In this document: positions 24,816-38,850 of the stretch, piece after piece
How the letters are laid out: each line of letters starts with the position of its first letter
How positions within the stretch are numbered: the stretch's first letter is position 1
DNA from: Chiloscyllium plagiosum
Taxonomy: Eukaryota
Length of the DNA stretch: 60,965 nucleotides
Assembly (NCBI RefSeq): GCF_004010195.1
Contig: NC_057759.1
Span: forward strand, 3,329,878 to 3,390,842
Direction: 5' to 3'
Position numbers and translations under genes: made by a program
The notes under the pieces: generated by a model
The model's database searches: none
The model's input: the letters and a program-made list of their open reading frames with translations, nothing else
Told to the model about the DNA's origin: nothing

Positions 24816-26714
24816 GCATACTTACTTTCAATGACTGGCGTATAGGGGACATCCAAATCTGGTTTAACATCGCCCCTTCTCAGATTTCGATTTTGTTCTC
24901 CGTGTACTCAAGTACAGGAGTACAGTGAAAAGTGTTTAATGTCGCCACACAAGGCATCATCTTAGGTACAAGTAACTAGGTACAGAATCATAAGAACAGG
25001 GTAAAAAGAAAGAACAAAGTTAAAAGTTACAATAATTCTTTGTATTGAGTCAAAAAATTATGAAATAAAGTTAAAAGTCCAACATTCCAGTCTTTCGAAT
25101 GTGCTTAGCCACCCTGGACTGCACTTGCTACAAGGGTCTGATCTCCTCCTCTTTGCCATGTTTTACCCACATAGTCTATTCCAGGAGAGCCCACACTGGG
25201 TCGCCCACACTGCTACTGAAGCAACTGCTGCTCCTGTTGTTCTACCCGGAGTATGGATTCAGACCTAATACATTGCTACAGCTATCTGACACCGACCATA
25301 GATGCTGTCTTCTACATCTATTGCAGAGACTCCCTGTTGTTGAAAGCCAATGTCAATGTTGCCACCTCGAGTCCTGAACTGGGCCCAATGATGTCGAAGA
25401 CAACTCACACCAATGCCATAACTCAAAGCTTGGAGCTTGTGCTGATGCATTTTCATCTATTTTCTTCCTCTCTACTGCCGGTGACAAGGCCATCACTAAA
25501 TTGTGGATATATCAGAAATGTTGAGATGTTGCCTCCAGTTGGAATGCTGCATGGTGCCCTCACATTAAAAAAACGATTCTGCCTATTGCATACTGCAGAA
25601 TGAGATACAATTCTAAAAAAAAGCGCTGATCCCCACCCATCTGCCATAGCAATATGGTTTTGCTTTCTTGCAAGTTTTCTCTTATTATTTCCATTGAGCC
25701 AAGCAATTGCGACATCGCTTTCACGCATCTTGTTAAAAAAAACACTGCACTGACTATGTTGGAAGTTCTTTAGTAGATAAAACAAGATATAAAATGGGAA
25801 GTGTCGAAATAAGAAAGTAGTGTGCAGATTCTTGCAGAGTTTGTCAGTGCAATCCCCACACTCTGTGGGGAGAGAGATACTTGGAGAGGCTGCTAGCTTC
25901 AGGACTGTTTCTGTTCTGGGAAGAATTGACACCTATTCGTTTTTGTTGTGAGCTGTTATGCGCAAATATTAGCTGGATTCTTCTGTTCCATCTGTAAGTA
26001 ACACATCAAATGGTTTATTAAGTGTCTAAATTCCAGTACAAATTCAGTGGGAAGCATTGTCAGATGATGTAGCATTTCTATAGATTTGCTGTATTCTGTT
26101 GTTGTTGAATTAGGGCTTTTTATTTTACACACAGGTTAAGAGTTAATGTTCATGATTGGAATTTTTTTTACTTTTAAATCTCACTGGAGAAACCCTTTTC
26201 TGAACAGTTTATGTTCAGCAACAAATCCTTGCAATTAATAATTGATATTTTCCCCCAATGGGACGATGTCTGAAAGGTGGTCAGGTACATTAAACCAGGG
26301 CTCAGCAGTTACATTGTTAAAGGAATGGTGAAATTTTGATGGATGTGTACTCCTTTTGTCAGTCTCTCTTAAACACTGGTGTCTTTACTGCAACATTGTT
26401 TAACATGGTGTTCAAACTTTAAGCAGAAAATGTCTTATCTGTATGTCTATCTATTCAGCTAATCTATCCTATCCAATCTATCTCTCTTCACAGACTCCAA
26501 TTTACTTGGAGTGTACATGAAATAGCAGAGTTGCTAATGCAGCTTTTCTGGGCCAGGAGTTAAATAAAAACATGTTGAAGCTGTCATTTACAGAAACACC
26601 AAATCGTCCAATATTCTTACCGGACATGCTTGCTTCGATTTGGCTTGACACAGTCATTGCTAATCTTCAATCCCTCCCTGAGACAAAGGACAGCTCGGGT
26701 CTAATCTCACACAT

Positions 26715-29168
26715 TAAGGATAGAAAGGGAGGCAAGAGGAGGGGGACTGGCGTGTTTGATAAGGGAAGGCATTACAGCTGTGCTGAGGGAGGATATTCCC
26801 AGAAATCATCCAGGGAAGTTATTTGGGTGGAACTGAGAAAAAAGAAAGGGATGATCATCTTTATTGGGATTGTATTATAAACCCCCTAATAGTCAGAGGG
26901 AAATTGAGATACAAACTGGTAAGGAGATCTCAGCTATCTGTAAGAATATTAGGGTGATTATGGTAGAGGATTTTAACTTTCCAAACATAGACTGGGACCG
27001 CCATAGTGTTAAGGGTTTAGATGCAGAGGAATTTAAGTGTGTACAAGAAAATTTTCTGATTCAGTATAACTACTGATAGATACCTACTAGAGAAGGTACA
27101 AAACTTAATCGGCTCTTGGGAAATAAGGCAGGGCGGGTGACTGAGGTGTCGGTGGGGAAGGCACGTTGGGGCCAGCGACCATAATTCTATTAGATTTAAA
27201 ATAGTGATGGAAAAGACTAGACCAGGTCTAAAAGTTGAAGTTCTAAATTGGAGCAAGGCCAATTTTGACGGTATTATGCAAGAACATTCAAAAGTTGATT
27301 GGGGGCAGATGTTTGCAGGTAAAGGGACGGCTGAAAAATGGGAAGCCTTGAGAAGTGAGGTAATGAGAATCCAGAGGTAGGTATAGGGAATACTGGATCA
27401 CTAAATAAATTGGGGGTTTTGTTAAGAAAAAGAAAGAAGCATATGTCAGGTATAGATAGGATAAATTGAGTGAATCCTTAGAGGAGTATAAAGGAAGTAG
27501 GAGTATACTTAAGAGGGAAATCAGGAGGGCGAAAAGGGGACATGCGTTAGCTTTGGCAAATAGAATTAAGGAGAATCCAAAGGATTTTTTACACATACAT
27601 TAAAGACAAAAGGGTAACTCGCGAGAGAATAGTGTCCCTCAAAGATCAGCAAGGCGGTCTTTGTGTCGAGCTGCAGAAAATGGGGGAGATACTAAACTAC
27701 TATTTTGCATCAGTATTTACTGTGGAAAAGGATTTGGAAGATATAGATTGTAGGGAAATAGATGGTGACACCTTGCAAAATATCCATATTAGGAGGAAGT
27801 GCTGGATGTCTTGAAACGCATAAAGGTTGATAAATCCCCAGGACCTGATCAGGTGTACCCTAGAACTCTGTGGGAAGACTGAAGGTTTGCTAACGTGGTG
27901 CCACTGTTTAAGGAGAGTGGTAAGGAAAAGCCAGGAAACTTTCGACCAGTGAGCCTGACCTCGGTGGTGGGCATGTTGTTGGAGAGAATCCTGAGGGACA
28001 GGATGTGCATGTGTTTGGAAAGGCAAGGAGTGATTAGGGATGGTCAACATGGCTTTGTGCGTGGGAACATGATTGAGTTTTTTTTTTGAAGAAGTAACAA
28101 AGAGGATTGAGGAGGGCAGAGCGGTAGATGTGATCTATATGGACTTCAGGAAGGCGTTCTACAAGGTTCCCCATGGGATACATTAGCAAGGTTGTATCTC
28201 TCAGAATACAGGGAAAACTAGCCATTTGGATACAGAACTGGTTCGAAGGTAGAAGACCAGAGGGTGGTGGTGGATGGTTGTTTTTAGGACTGGATACCTG
28301 TGACCAGTGGAGTGCCACAAGAATCAGTACTGGGCCCTCTACTTTTTGTCACTTACATAAATGATTTGGATGCGAGCATAAAAGGTACAGTTAGTAAGTT
28401 TGCAGATGACACCAAAATTGGAGGTGTGGTGGAAAGCGAAGAGGGTTACCTTAGATTACAACAGGATCTTGACCAGATGGGCCAATGGGCTGAGAAGTGG
28501 CAGATGGAGTTTAATTCAGATAAATGCGAGGAGCTGCATTTTGGGAAAGCAAATCTTAGCACGACTTATACACTTAATGGTAAGGTCCTGGGGAGTGTTG
28601 CTGAACAAAGAGACCTTGGAGTACAGCTCCTTGAAAGTGGAGTCACAGGTAGATAGGATAGTGAAGAAGGCATTTTGTATGCTTTCTTTTATTGGTCAGA
28701 GTATTGAGTACAGGAGTTGGGAGGTCATGTTGCAGCTGTGCAGGACATTGGTTAGGCTACCGTTGGAATATTGCGTGCGATTCTGGTCTCCTTCCTATCG
28801 GAAAGATGTTGTGAAACCTGAAACCTTATAGAGGTTTACAAAACTCTGAAGGGCATGGATAGGATAAATAGACAAAGTCTTTTCCCTGGGGTCAGGGAGT
28901 GCAGAGCTAGAGGGTATAGGTTTAGGGTGAGTGGGGAAAGATATAAAAGGGTGGTACACGTATGGAATGAGTTGCCAGAGGAAGTGGTGGAGGCTGGTAC
29001 ATTTGCAACATTTAAGAGACATTTGGATGGGTATATGAATAGGAAGGGTTTGGAGGAATATGGGCCAGGTGCTGGCAGGTGGGACTAGATTGGGTTGGGA
29101 TAGCTGGTTGGCATGGACAGGTTGGACTGAAGGGTCTGTTTCCATGCTGTACATCTCTATGACTCTAT
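26715..29168 (+). mobile_element. CR1 LINE ORF2, degenerate and near complete
   Basis: YKPPN, DFNFPNIDW, PGNFRPVSLTS, GVPQESVLGPLLF, FADDTK and the 3' tail ctctatgactcta. Confidence 0.93.
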
Positions 29169-29597
29169 TAAATTTTCATCACCACTGCATTAATTTAGAG
29201 AACAAACCTTTGAGCTAATAAGTCTATAAATTGCACATTTCCAAGCAGAGTTTCATGATTAGGGGAGAAAAGTAGTTCAAAATATTTCTGAGAATGATAA
29301 GAAACACGAAGGGCTGCTTTCGCAACAGAGAAACATAGGAACATGAGTGGGCTATTCAGCCCCTTGAACCTGCTGTTCTATTGAATGCATTTTACATATC
29401 CCATTCCCATAACCCAATTAACAATTGATACTCATTAATCTACCAGCCTCTACCTTAAACATACACAGAGATAGTTTGACCCAGACCCCTGTAGGTACAG
29501 AAATCTAAAGGATCACAAACCACTGAGCAAAACAAAATAAACTCTCTTCTCGGACCAAAGTCCCACTTGTTTCAAAATCCTGCCTGGCTCTAGTTAC

Positions 29598-29825
29598 GTG
29601 TTGAAAAATGTGGTGCTGGAAAAACACAGCAGGCCAGGCAGCATCCGAGGAGCAGGAGAATCGACCTTCTTCAGGAATGAGGCTGGTGTGCCAAGTGGGC
29701 TGAAATAAAAGGGAGGGGATTTGGGGGAAGGGCGCTGGGAATACGATAGGTGGAAGGAGGTGAGAGTGATAGGCCGGAGAGGGGGTGGGGGTGGAGAGGT
29801 CGGGAAGAAGATTGCAGGTCAAGAG
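29598..29825 (-). mobile_element. Penelope-like pLTR fragment
   Basis: gtgctggaaaaacacagcaggccaggcagcatccgaggagcagg motif; ctctagttac duplicated at both flanks. Confidence 0.78.
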
Positions 29826-31944
29826 GACTCTAGTTACCTCTAAGTAGTAAAGATTAAACCTGTATCTACCATGTCCCTCCCTTTAAGGGTTGGGTTACTG
29901 TATTTTCAATGATATAATTGCTCATCTGTCCAATCTCTCAATAACACAGGCCCAGTTTGCCCACTTGCTCTTTATATGATATCGTCCCCAAACCAAGGAA
30001 AAGTTGCTGAATCTTCATGGTTCTTGCTCTACATGGAAATACCATCTTCCCTGAGATAAGAAGACCCAAACTGCACACAGTCCTGAAGGTACATCCTAAC
30101 CAAAGTCTGATGTGTTTGAAACAAGACTTCACTGCTCCTGTGCTCAAATCCTGTTGGAATAAAGGCTCACATTCCATTAGCCTTCCTACAAATACATTCT
30201 GGCATTAAGCAAAGCATCAGAGATTTCTGCAGTAATGGTTCATCTGTAACCTGGATGACTTCAATTTGTATTTGGATTGGACAAAATGAACTAGTGGACT
30301 ATTCTCATGAGTATGGGTGTATATGTGTGTTCTTGACATGTATTCATGTATAAGATGTGAGTGTTGCTGGCTGTCCAGTATTTACTGCTCAGCCCTAGTT
30401 GTCCTTGAGAAGGTGGTGGTGAGCTGCCTTCTTGAAGTTTGTGTGTGATTGAGAATGCCTTTGGCATGCTTGCCTTCATAGGTCAAAACATGGAGTGTAG
30501 GAGTTGGGGTGCCATCTGGTGGCTGTGCAGGACACTAGCGAGGCCACTTTCAGGAGATTGTGTACAATTCTCATCATCCTTCTACAGGAAGGATGTTGTT
30601 AAACTTGATGGTGCAGAAAAGATTTACAAGGATGTTATAGAGATATAGAGTCATACAACAGAGAAACATTTAGCCCACTATGTCCATGATGTCCAACAAA
30701 CACCAGACTGCATTCAGGGTGGGTGCTCTAGTTTCCTTCCAGAGTTCAAACATGTGCAGTTTAGCTGGATTAGCCACGGTGAATTGCCCTGGAAAAATTC
30801 ATCAACGTGCAGCCTAGATGGGTTAACTACGGTAAAGGTATGGTTATGGGGGTCACGTAGGGCCTATATCTGGGTGGGATCTCCTTACATATTTGCTCTC
30901 AATCTCCCACTGTCTGTTGGGGGAAGCCTGTAGTAGATGCCATTAAAGTGAGCTTGCCCTGTCTATTTCTCAGTTCTACCCATATAAACTCAGTGAATCA
31001 TCCCTCAAGAATGTCCTTTCTCAGGACAGCTGTGATGTTCTCCCTAATCAAAAATGAACTCCCCCTGCTCTCTTGCCTCCCTTTATATCCTTCCTATAAC
31101 ATCTGTTCCCCGGAACATTGAGCTATAAGCCCTGTCCCTCTCACAGCCATGTTTCTGTAATAGCTGCAATATCCCAGTCCCATGTAACAATCCATGTCCT
31201 CAGTTCAGTTGCCTTACCTATCAGGCTTCCCACCTTGAAATAAATAGTTTAACGAAGATTTCCCTTGCTTCCTGCCATGCCTGTGTCTGTCCTGTCTAAT
31301 ATAAGGATTACCAACACTGCCTTTGCCTTTGAATTGCTGTAATTACCTTCTGTACTGACCGCAACCTTCTCTTTCTTTTCCACAATGCTTTGGATCCCAC
31401 TTCCCTACCAGACCAGATTAAACCCTTCCGATTGGCTCGAGCAAATCTCTCGAGAAGATTGGTCCCCCTCTAGCTTGAATGCAACCTATCCCTCTTGTAC
31501 AGGAGATCTAACTGAGACATATAAGACGCTGAAAAGATGATTGGCAAAGGAGTTGGAGAAAGAATGCTTCCTTATGTGGAACAATCTAAAACGAGAGGAT
31601 CACTGTTTCAGGACAATGGGATGGGACAGATTGGAAACAGAGATGGTGAGGAATGGCTGAGCCTATTTTGCCCCAAGAACTGGATGGGGGGGAAGAGAGC
31701 TGACCTGAAGGGTCAGTTTCTGTGCTATCGGTGATGAGGAATTCCTTCTCTCCAAAAGGATTCAATCTGTGGAATTATTTACCACAGAAGGCTGTCGAGG
31801 CTGCGTCGTTGAGTGTATTGAAGGCTGAGATTTTTAATTAGGAGGGGGAAATGGAGGGTAATGGGGTGTGGTGGGTGAAGAAAGGTCCCAATGACTGATG
31901 ACTGTGTCACACCTCAACCTCTCTCAGACCCTTTGGCTGTGCCC

Positions 31945-32046
31945 ACTTCGCCGCCCACTTCCCTGCCATCAGCAGGATCAGACAAGCAGGAAACAGCAGA
32001 TTGAGTCACTGACTGAATACACACATCGATCAGACAGGGCACTGTG
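31945..32046 (+). promoter_or_regulatory. Candidate TATA-less promoter and 5' UTR of the Ig-receptor gene
   Basis: GC box ccgccc 31951-31956, ETS-like acttcc 31957-31962 and caggaaa 31987-31993, AP-1 TGAGTCA 32002-32008, all just upstream of the ATG at 32047. Confidence 0.4.
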
Positions 32047-32077
32047 ATGGAGATCTTCTCTGCTTTCTTACTGCTCG
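32047..32077 (+). CDS. Exon 1, signal peptide MEIFSAFLLL
   Basis: gtgATGG start context, 31 nt, phase-1 donor gtacgt at 32078. Confidence 0.75.
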
Positions 32078-32249
32078 GTACGTATCTCCAGCTTTTATTA
32101 CTATTTTGGGGTGGGTGCAAGGAATAAATCTGTAATTCAGCTCCTGCCCTCCACTCAGTGTACAACGGGAATGTGAACAGAGGCACAATCCTATTGTGTA
32201 CGGACAGCAGTGCACATGTGTGCTGGCATTTCCCAGACTGTTTAACAAA

Positions 32250-32840
32250 TACACACACATACACACACGTGTACACGCTCTCTCACTCACACACACAGAC
32301 TCTCACACTTACTCACACACACACTTTCCAACACTGTTGTTCTCTCACACAGCCACCTTCTTACATGCAATCCCACGATCTCTCACACTGTCTCACGCAC
32401 AGTATATCTCTCTCACGTACACACTCTCTAACACCCTCTCTTACATGCATTTCTCACAATCTCTCACATTCTTCACGCACAGACTCTCTCTCTCTCTCTC
32501 TCTCTCTCTCAAACTCTCTCGTCCAAACACTCTCACAAACACAGCGTGCAGGAGAGAGAGATTGAAGTTGCGAGGGAGAGAGTGAAGGTGTGTGTGTATG
32601 AGAAAGAGAGGGTGCGGGGTGAAAAGGAGATTGAGGATGCAGGAGAGAGAGTGTGTCTGAGTGTGCGGGAGAGTACAGAGGGGGGACAGAGAGTGAGGGT
32701 GCAGGGGAGAAAGGGAGAGTGAGGATGTGGGGAAGAACCAGAGAAAGTGAAGGTGCAGGAGAGAGAGTGAGTGAGGGTGTGGGGAAGAGAGAGAGAGTAA
32801 GGAGGGGAGATAGAGAGAAAGAGGCTGCAGGAGAGAGAGC
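32250..32840. repeat. CA/CT/GA low-complexity microsatellite tract
   Basis: Visible (ca)n, (ct)n and (ga)n runs. Confidence 0.9.
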
Positions 32841-32959
32841 ACAATTAAAGACAGGCAATAAATGCTGGTCTCGTCAGCAATGCCCAAATCCCATGCATGT
32901 ATAAAGATAATGTGTGTGTTTGCGAGTACACGTGCTGGTGTACATGTAAATGAAAATGC

Positions 32960-34050
32960 ATGATTGAATTGTAGAATTTGGAAAACAAAGACAAAAAATA
33001 GCGAATGAGTTTAAAATTGCAGGGAACATTAAAAACTGACTGTAAAAGATTCTGCAAACATGTGGAGAAAAGTATTTATGAAGATACTTGTAGGTCCATT
33101 GCAGTCTGAATCGAGGGGATATTATAATGGCAGAAGATTTGAATGCATAATTTGGTTATCTTCTCAAAAGAGGGAAATAAAACATCTCCCAGTAAATGTT
33201 AGATAACCAACATCTATTGAGAGGGAGGAACTGAAAGAAATCAGTAAGAGTAGGGAAATGGTGTTGGGGAAATTAGTGGGATTGAAGATTGGTAAGTCTT
33301 GAGGGACTCTTAATTGATATCTCAACATCCTTAAGAAAGTGGAACTGGATATAATGAGTTCATTGTTGATAATGCTTTAAGATTCTATAGACTTAAGAAC
33401 AATTCCCACATATTGGAGGAGAGGTAATGTAATCCCTCTGTTTAAAAAGTAGGCGGCAGAGAGAGACAAAAAAAACAGAGTATTACAGACCAGATAGCTG
33501 AATCAGTTAGTAGGGGGATTTCTGGGACTACCTTTCAAAGGCATGATGACAGAACACTTAGAAAGCATTAAAAACGTTGGAAAGCCAGAATGGATTATGA
33601 GAGGCAGAAGAATCTTAATAAATCAAGTGTCATTTTCTGAGGGTCTAAGGATAAATAAGGGAGAAGCAGTACATGTAGCTTATTTGGCTTTTTCAGAAGA
33701 CATTTGAGACGAGGTGTATGTGCAAAGTGAAAGGACAAGAGGCAAATCGAGACTAGTGGGATACTGTAGGAACTAATACATGGGCCCCAGCCACTCTCAA
33801 TATATATTATGACCTGGATGAGGGAGCCAATTGTAATAGTTCCAAATTTGCTCATGACACAAAACTGGCCAGGATTGTGAGGAGGATGCAAAGGAAATTA
33901 TTTAGACAATTTGAGTGGGTGGGCAAACACATAGCAGTTGCAGTACAACGTGACTAAAAGTGAAACAGATGTGGGGAAAATAGAAAGCGAGTATGATTGA
34001 AATGGTGACAAACTGGGAAGTGGGGATAGACAAAGGGGATAGACAAAGAA
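32960..34050 (+). mobile_element. Old degenerate CR1 LINE
   Basis: Decayed CR1-type RT sequence (tggaggagaggtaatgtaatccctctgtttaaaaag; tccaaatttgctcatgacacaaaactgg). Confidence 0.7.
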
Positions 34051-34112
34051 TGGAGAGATAATTGTCAAGATTTGAAAGGAACCAAGTGAAATGAAGACAA
34101 AATGGGGAATGT

Positions 34113-34465
34113 GGGGGTGGCATGGTGGCTCAGTTTTTAGCACTGCTGCCTTATAGCACCAGGGACGCAGGTTTGATTCCACCTTCGGGCAACTGTCTGT
34201 GTGGAGTTTGCACATTCTGCCCATGTCTGTGTGGGTTTCCTCCCAGTGCTCCAGTTCCCTTCCAAAATCCAGTGATATGCAGGTTAAGATGAATTAGCCA
34301 AGGGGAATTACCCTTAGTGTCCAGGGATGTGTAGTCGAGGTAGGTTCGCCATGCCAAGTGCAGGGTTAATTTAGGGAGATGGGTCTGTGTGGGATGCTGT
34401 TTGGAAGGTTGGTGTGGGCTCATTGGGCTGAATGAACTATTTCCACATTGTAAAGATTCTATGGA
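34113..34465 (+). mobile_element. HE1-type SINE, diverged
   Basis: Head ggtggctcagtttttagcactgctgcc and core gtgtggagtttgcacattct. Confidence 0.82.
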
Positions 34466-35798
34466 TATGGCTTTGAGATACAGGATCGGCTGTAATCCTA
34501 CTCAATAGTGCAGCAGGCTTGAGGGTCCGAATGGATGCTTTGAACCCAATCACATTAGTAATTGATGTGTCTTTTTAATGCATTCACAGTATGTAGGCAT
34601 TGTTGGTTGGGCCCAGCATTAGTTGCAGATTTTTATAAATTCAGCATTCGCTCTCTGCCCATACTGGGAATTAAATGCAGGTCCTGAGAACATCTCTCTC
34701 CCTGTGTGTCTCTCTGAATCTGTTGGTGTTTCCCTCTCTCTCTGTCCCATCTCACTTCTCCATCTCTCCATCTTCTCATCTCTCTCTTTCTCTCCCCCTT
34801 CCATTTTTTGTCCCACATTCACNNNNNNNNNNNNNNNNNNNNNNNNNNNNNNNNNNNNNNNNNNNNNNNNNNNNNNNNNNNNNNNNNNNNNNNNNNNNNN
34901 NNNNNNNNNNNNNNNNNNNNNNNNNNNNNNNNNNNNNNNNNNNNNNNNNNNNNNNTCTCGCAGTGTCTCTATCGATCCCCCACACCCTTCCATCTCTCTC
35001 TTCCTCCTTCTTTCTCTCTCTCCCTCTGTGTTTCTCTGTAATTGTCCTTGCTTCTCTCTTTATTTACCCTTCTTCTGTCCCTGTCTCTCTCCCTTTCTCC
35101 ATCTCCCTCACTCTACATTCCTTGCTGTTTATCCCTTCCATCTCTCTATCTGTTTCTCTCTCTCCACCTCTCACTCGTATATAAGCACACTTTTCCTCTC
35201 TCACATAGACCCCTCTCTCTCAGGCGTGAGTGGGTACTGTAGATGCTTGAGATTCGAGTCAAGATTAGAGTGGTGCTGGACAGGCAGCATCCGAGGAGCA
35301 GGAAAATCAACATTTCGGGCAAAAGCCCTTCATCAGGAATCAACTCCTTTCTCTCTCACACAAACAGACTCCTGTCTCTCTCATACACATACACATACAC
35401 AGACACCTCCCTCTCTCTTTCTCGCTCTCTCACACAAACACACACATGCGCGCTCTTACAGGCACATGACCCCACCCCCTTATGTACACTGCTTCACACA
35501 CATATACACTCTCACTCTGTCTCGCTCTCTAACGCACACACACTCATACACTGTTTCTCATGCACACACAATTTTTCTCAAACACACAAAAATGCACGTG
35601 ACCTCAACAAATGAGTCTGATTATATATCAGCGCTAAGCAAATTAAAGCAAGGGCCCTCATGTCAAAGCATAGGATCACAGCAGGCCATTCGGCCCATTG
35701 AGTCTGCTCTGCCATTCGATGAGGTCATGGCTGATCCGATCACCCTCAACTCCACTTTCCATAAAACTTATTGATCGTGTCTCATTGTGTATTTTCAG

Positions 35799-35828
35799 AG
35801 CAAGTGATGATTCTACAAATACGAGAAG
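35799..35828 (+). CDS. Exon 2, 30-nt leader mini-exon (E)QVMILQIRE
   Basis: Acceptor attttcag and donor AAG|gtatgt; phase 1-1 and open in frame with exon 1. Confidence 0.6.
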
Positions 35829-36049
35829 GTATGTTAAGATCCAGTGTGCCTTCCTTTCATGTTGAAGAACCCCACAGTGTCTGCACTAGCGTCAGTGCTT
35901 ACATTATGGAAAACAAAGTCTTGCAGGTTTGGGAGATCTGAAACAAACACAAAGTGTTAGATAAGCTCAGCAGGTCTGGCAGCATCTGTGCACTGAGAGG
36001 GAAAGAGAAAAACACAGTTAACATTTTGTGTCCATCATATTCCTGATTT

Positions 36050-38850
36050 AGAGTCATTGAGCTGTACGACACAGAAACAGACCCTTCGGTTCAACTCGTC
36101 CACAGTGACCATAGAACATCACAGCGTAGCAGAGGCCCTTCGACCCCTCGAGGTTGCACCGACCTGTGGAACAACTCTTAAGCCCACATATCTTACACGA
36201 TTCCATTTTCATCCATATGTTTATGCAATGACCATTTAAATACCCTTAAAGTTGGTGACTCTGCTACTGTTGCAGGCAGTGCATTCCATGGCCCATACTG
36301 CTCTGAATAAAGAAACTACCTCTGACATTGGTCCCTCTATCTATGATCACTCAGTTTGAAGCCATGCCCCCTTGTGCTAGCCATTGCCATTTGAGGAAAA
36401 AGGCTCTCACTGTCCACCCTGTCTAACCTTCTGATTATCATGTATGCCTCAATTAAGTTATTTTTCGACCTACTTCTCTCTAATGAAAACAGTCTCAAGT
36501 CCCTCAGCCTTTCCCCAGAAGACCTGACCTCCATATCAGGCAACATTCAATAAATCTCTTCAGAACCCCTTCCAAAATTTCCACATCCTTCCTATAATGC
36601 GGTTACCAGAACTGAACACAATCCTCCAAATGCGGCCACTCCAGTAGTTCATACAACTGCAGCATGACCTCATGGCTCCAAAACTCGATCCCTTTACTAA
36701 CACACCGAATGCCTTCTTAACGGCCCTATCAACCTGGGTGACAACTTTCAGGGATCTATGCACATGGAAACCAAGATCTCTCTGCTTATTCACACTATCA
36801 AGAATCTTAGCATTAGCCCAGTACTCTTTTTATTCTTGTTGCTCCTTCCAAAGTGAATCACCTCACACTTTTCTGCATTAAACTCTATTTGCCACCTTTT
36901 AAGCCCAGCTCTGCACCTTATCTATACCCCTCTGTAACTGCAACATCATTCAGAACTATCCATAACTCCACTGACCTTAATGTCATCCGCAAATTTACTA
37001 ACTCATCCTTCTATGACCTGATCCAGGTCATTTATAAAAATGGCAAACAGCAGTGGTCCCAAAGCTGATCCTTGCATTACACCACTAGTGTAATGAACAT
37101 TTTCCATCAACCACCACCCCCATTTTCTTTCAGGTAACCAGTATCTAATCCAATCTGCTAAATTATCCTTAATCCCATGCCTCTGTGTTTTGTGCGGTCA
37201 TTTATAAAAATGGCAAACAGCAGTGGTCCCAAAGCTGATCCTTGCATTACACCACTAGTAACTGAACTCCAGGATGAACATTTTCCATCAACCACCACCC
37301 TCATTTTCTTTCAGGTAACCAGTATCTAATCCAATCTGCTAAATTAATTATCCTTAATCCCATGCCTCTGTGTTTTGTGCAATAGTCCACCATGGAGAAG
37401 CTTATGAAATGCCTTACTGAAATGCATATACACCACATCAGCCACTTTATCCTCATCCATCTCTTTGGTCATCTTCTCAAAGAACTCAATAAGGTTTGGG
37501 AGGCATGACCTACCCTTCACAAAACCATGTTGACTACCCCTTATCAATGTATTGCTCTCCAGATGATTGTCACTCATATTTCTTATAATCTTTTGCAAAA
37601 CTTTACACAAAACCGATGAAAGGCTCACTGGTCTATAATTGCCAGGCTTGTCTCTACTCCCCTTCTTGAACAAGAGGACAACATTTGCTACTCTCCAGAT
37701 ATCCTAAATTAATCTATCCCATTTGCCACAATCAGGCCAATATCCTTCTAAACCTGTGCTATTCATAAACCCATCCAGATGCCTTGTATATCTTGCAATT
37801 GTACCTATCTTCACCACTTCCTCTGGCAGCTTATTCCATACATACACCACACTCTGCATGAAAAAGGTCCCCCTGAGGTCCCTTTTAAAATTTTCCCCCC
37901 TCACTTTAAACCTATGCCTTCTTGTTTTGTACTCCCCTACACTGGGGATAACACCTTGACTATTCACACTTTCTATGCTCCTTATGATTTTATGAACCTC
38001 TGTCATGTCACCCTTCAGCCTCCAACATTCCAAGGAAAATAGTCCCAGCTCATTCAATCTCCCCGCACAGCTCACACCCTCCAACCCTGGCAACATCCTT
38101 GTTAATCTTTTCTCAAACTTCACAACATCTTGCAGCTATCAATGTGGCTGAGTACATGTCCTGTATAGCCATGACATGACCTCCCAACTCCTATATTCAA
38201 TGCATTTACGATTAAAAGCAAGCGTACCAAATACCTTCTTCATCTTGTCCCCCAACTGCAATGCTATCTTCAATGAACTACGAACCTGCATTCCAAGGTC
38301 TCTTTGTCTGACAACACTCCCAGAACCCTGCCATCACGTGTGTAAGTCCTGCCCTAATTTGCGTTATGAAAAACCTCACATTTATCTAAATTTAACTCCA
38401 TCTGCCACTCTTCAGCCTATCTGATCAAAGTCCCGTTGTACTCTGAGACAACTTCCTTCACTGTCCACTTTGCCATCAACTGTGTTGTTGTGTGCTATTT
38501 TATAAACTATACCTCCTATATTCACATCCAAATTATTTAAATAAGGAAAAGCAGTGGATGCAGCACCGATCCTTGTGGCACCATGCTGATCTCAAGCCTT
38601 CTCTCTGAAAAGCAACCCACCACCTTCTGTCTCCTACCTTCCTGCCAATTGAGTGTCCAATGGCTGGCTCTCCCTATATTCTGTGATCTAACCTTGCTCA
38701 ACAGTCTATTATGCAGATCTTGTCAAACACCTTGCTGAAGTCCAGATAAACCATATTCACCACTCTATCTTTACCAATCCTTTTTTACTCTCTTCTCCAA
38801 AAATTCAATCAAGATATTGAGATACAATTTACCCCGCACAAAACCATGCT
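36050..38850 (-). mobile_element. Cluster of CR1 LINE fragments, including a ~170-bp internal tandem duplication (37026-37380)
   Basis: ORFs 36337..36546, 37344..37673 (PGNYRPVSLSS) and 37704..38123. Confidence 0.88.

Noticed and set aside
25453..25932. 159-aa minus-strand ORF
   Set aside because: No recognisable motif or splice context, and a non-ATG start.
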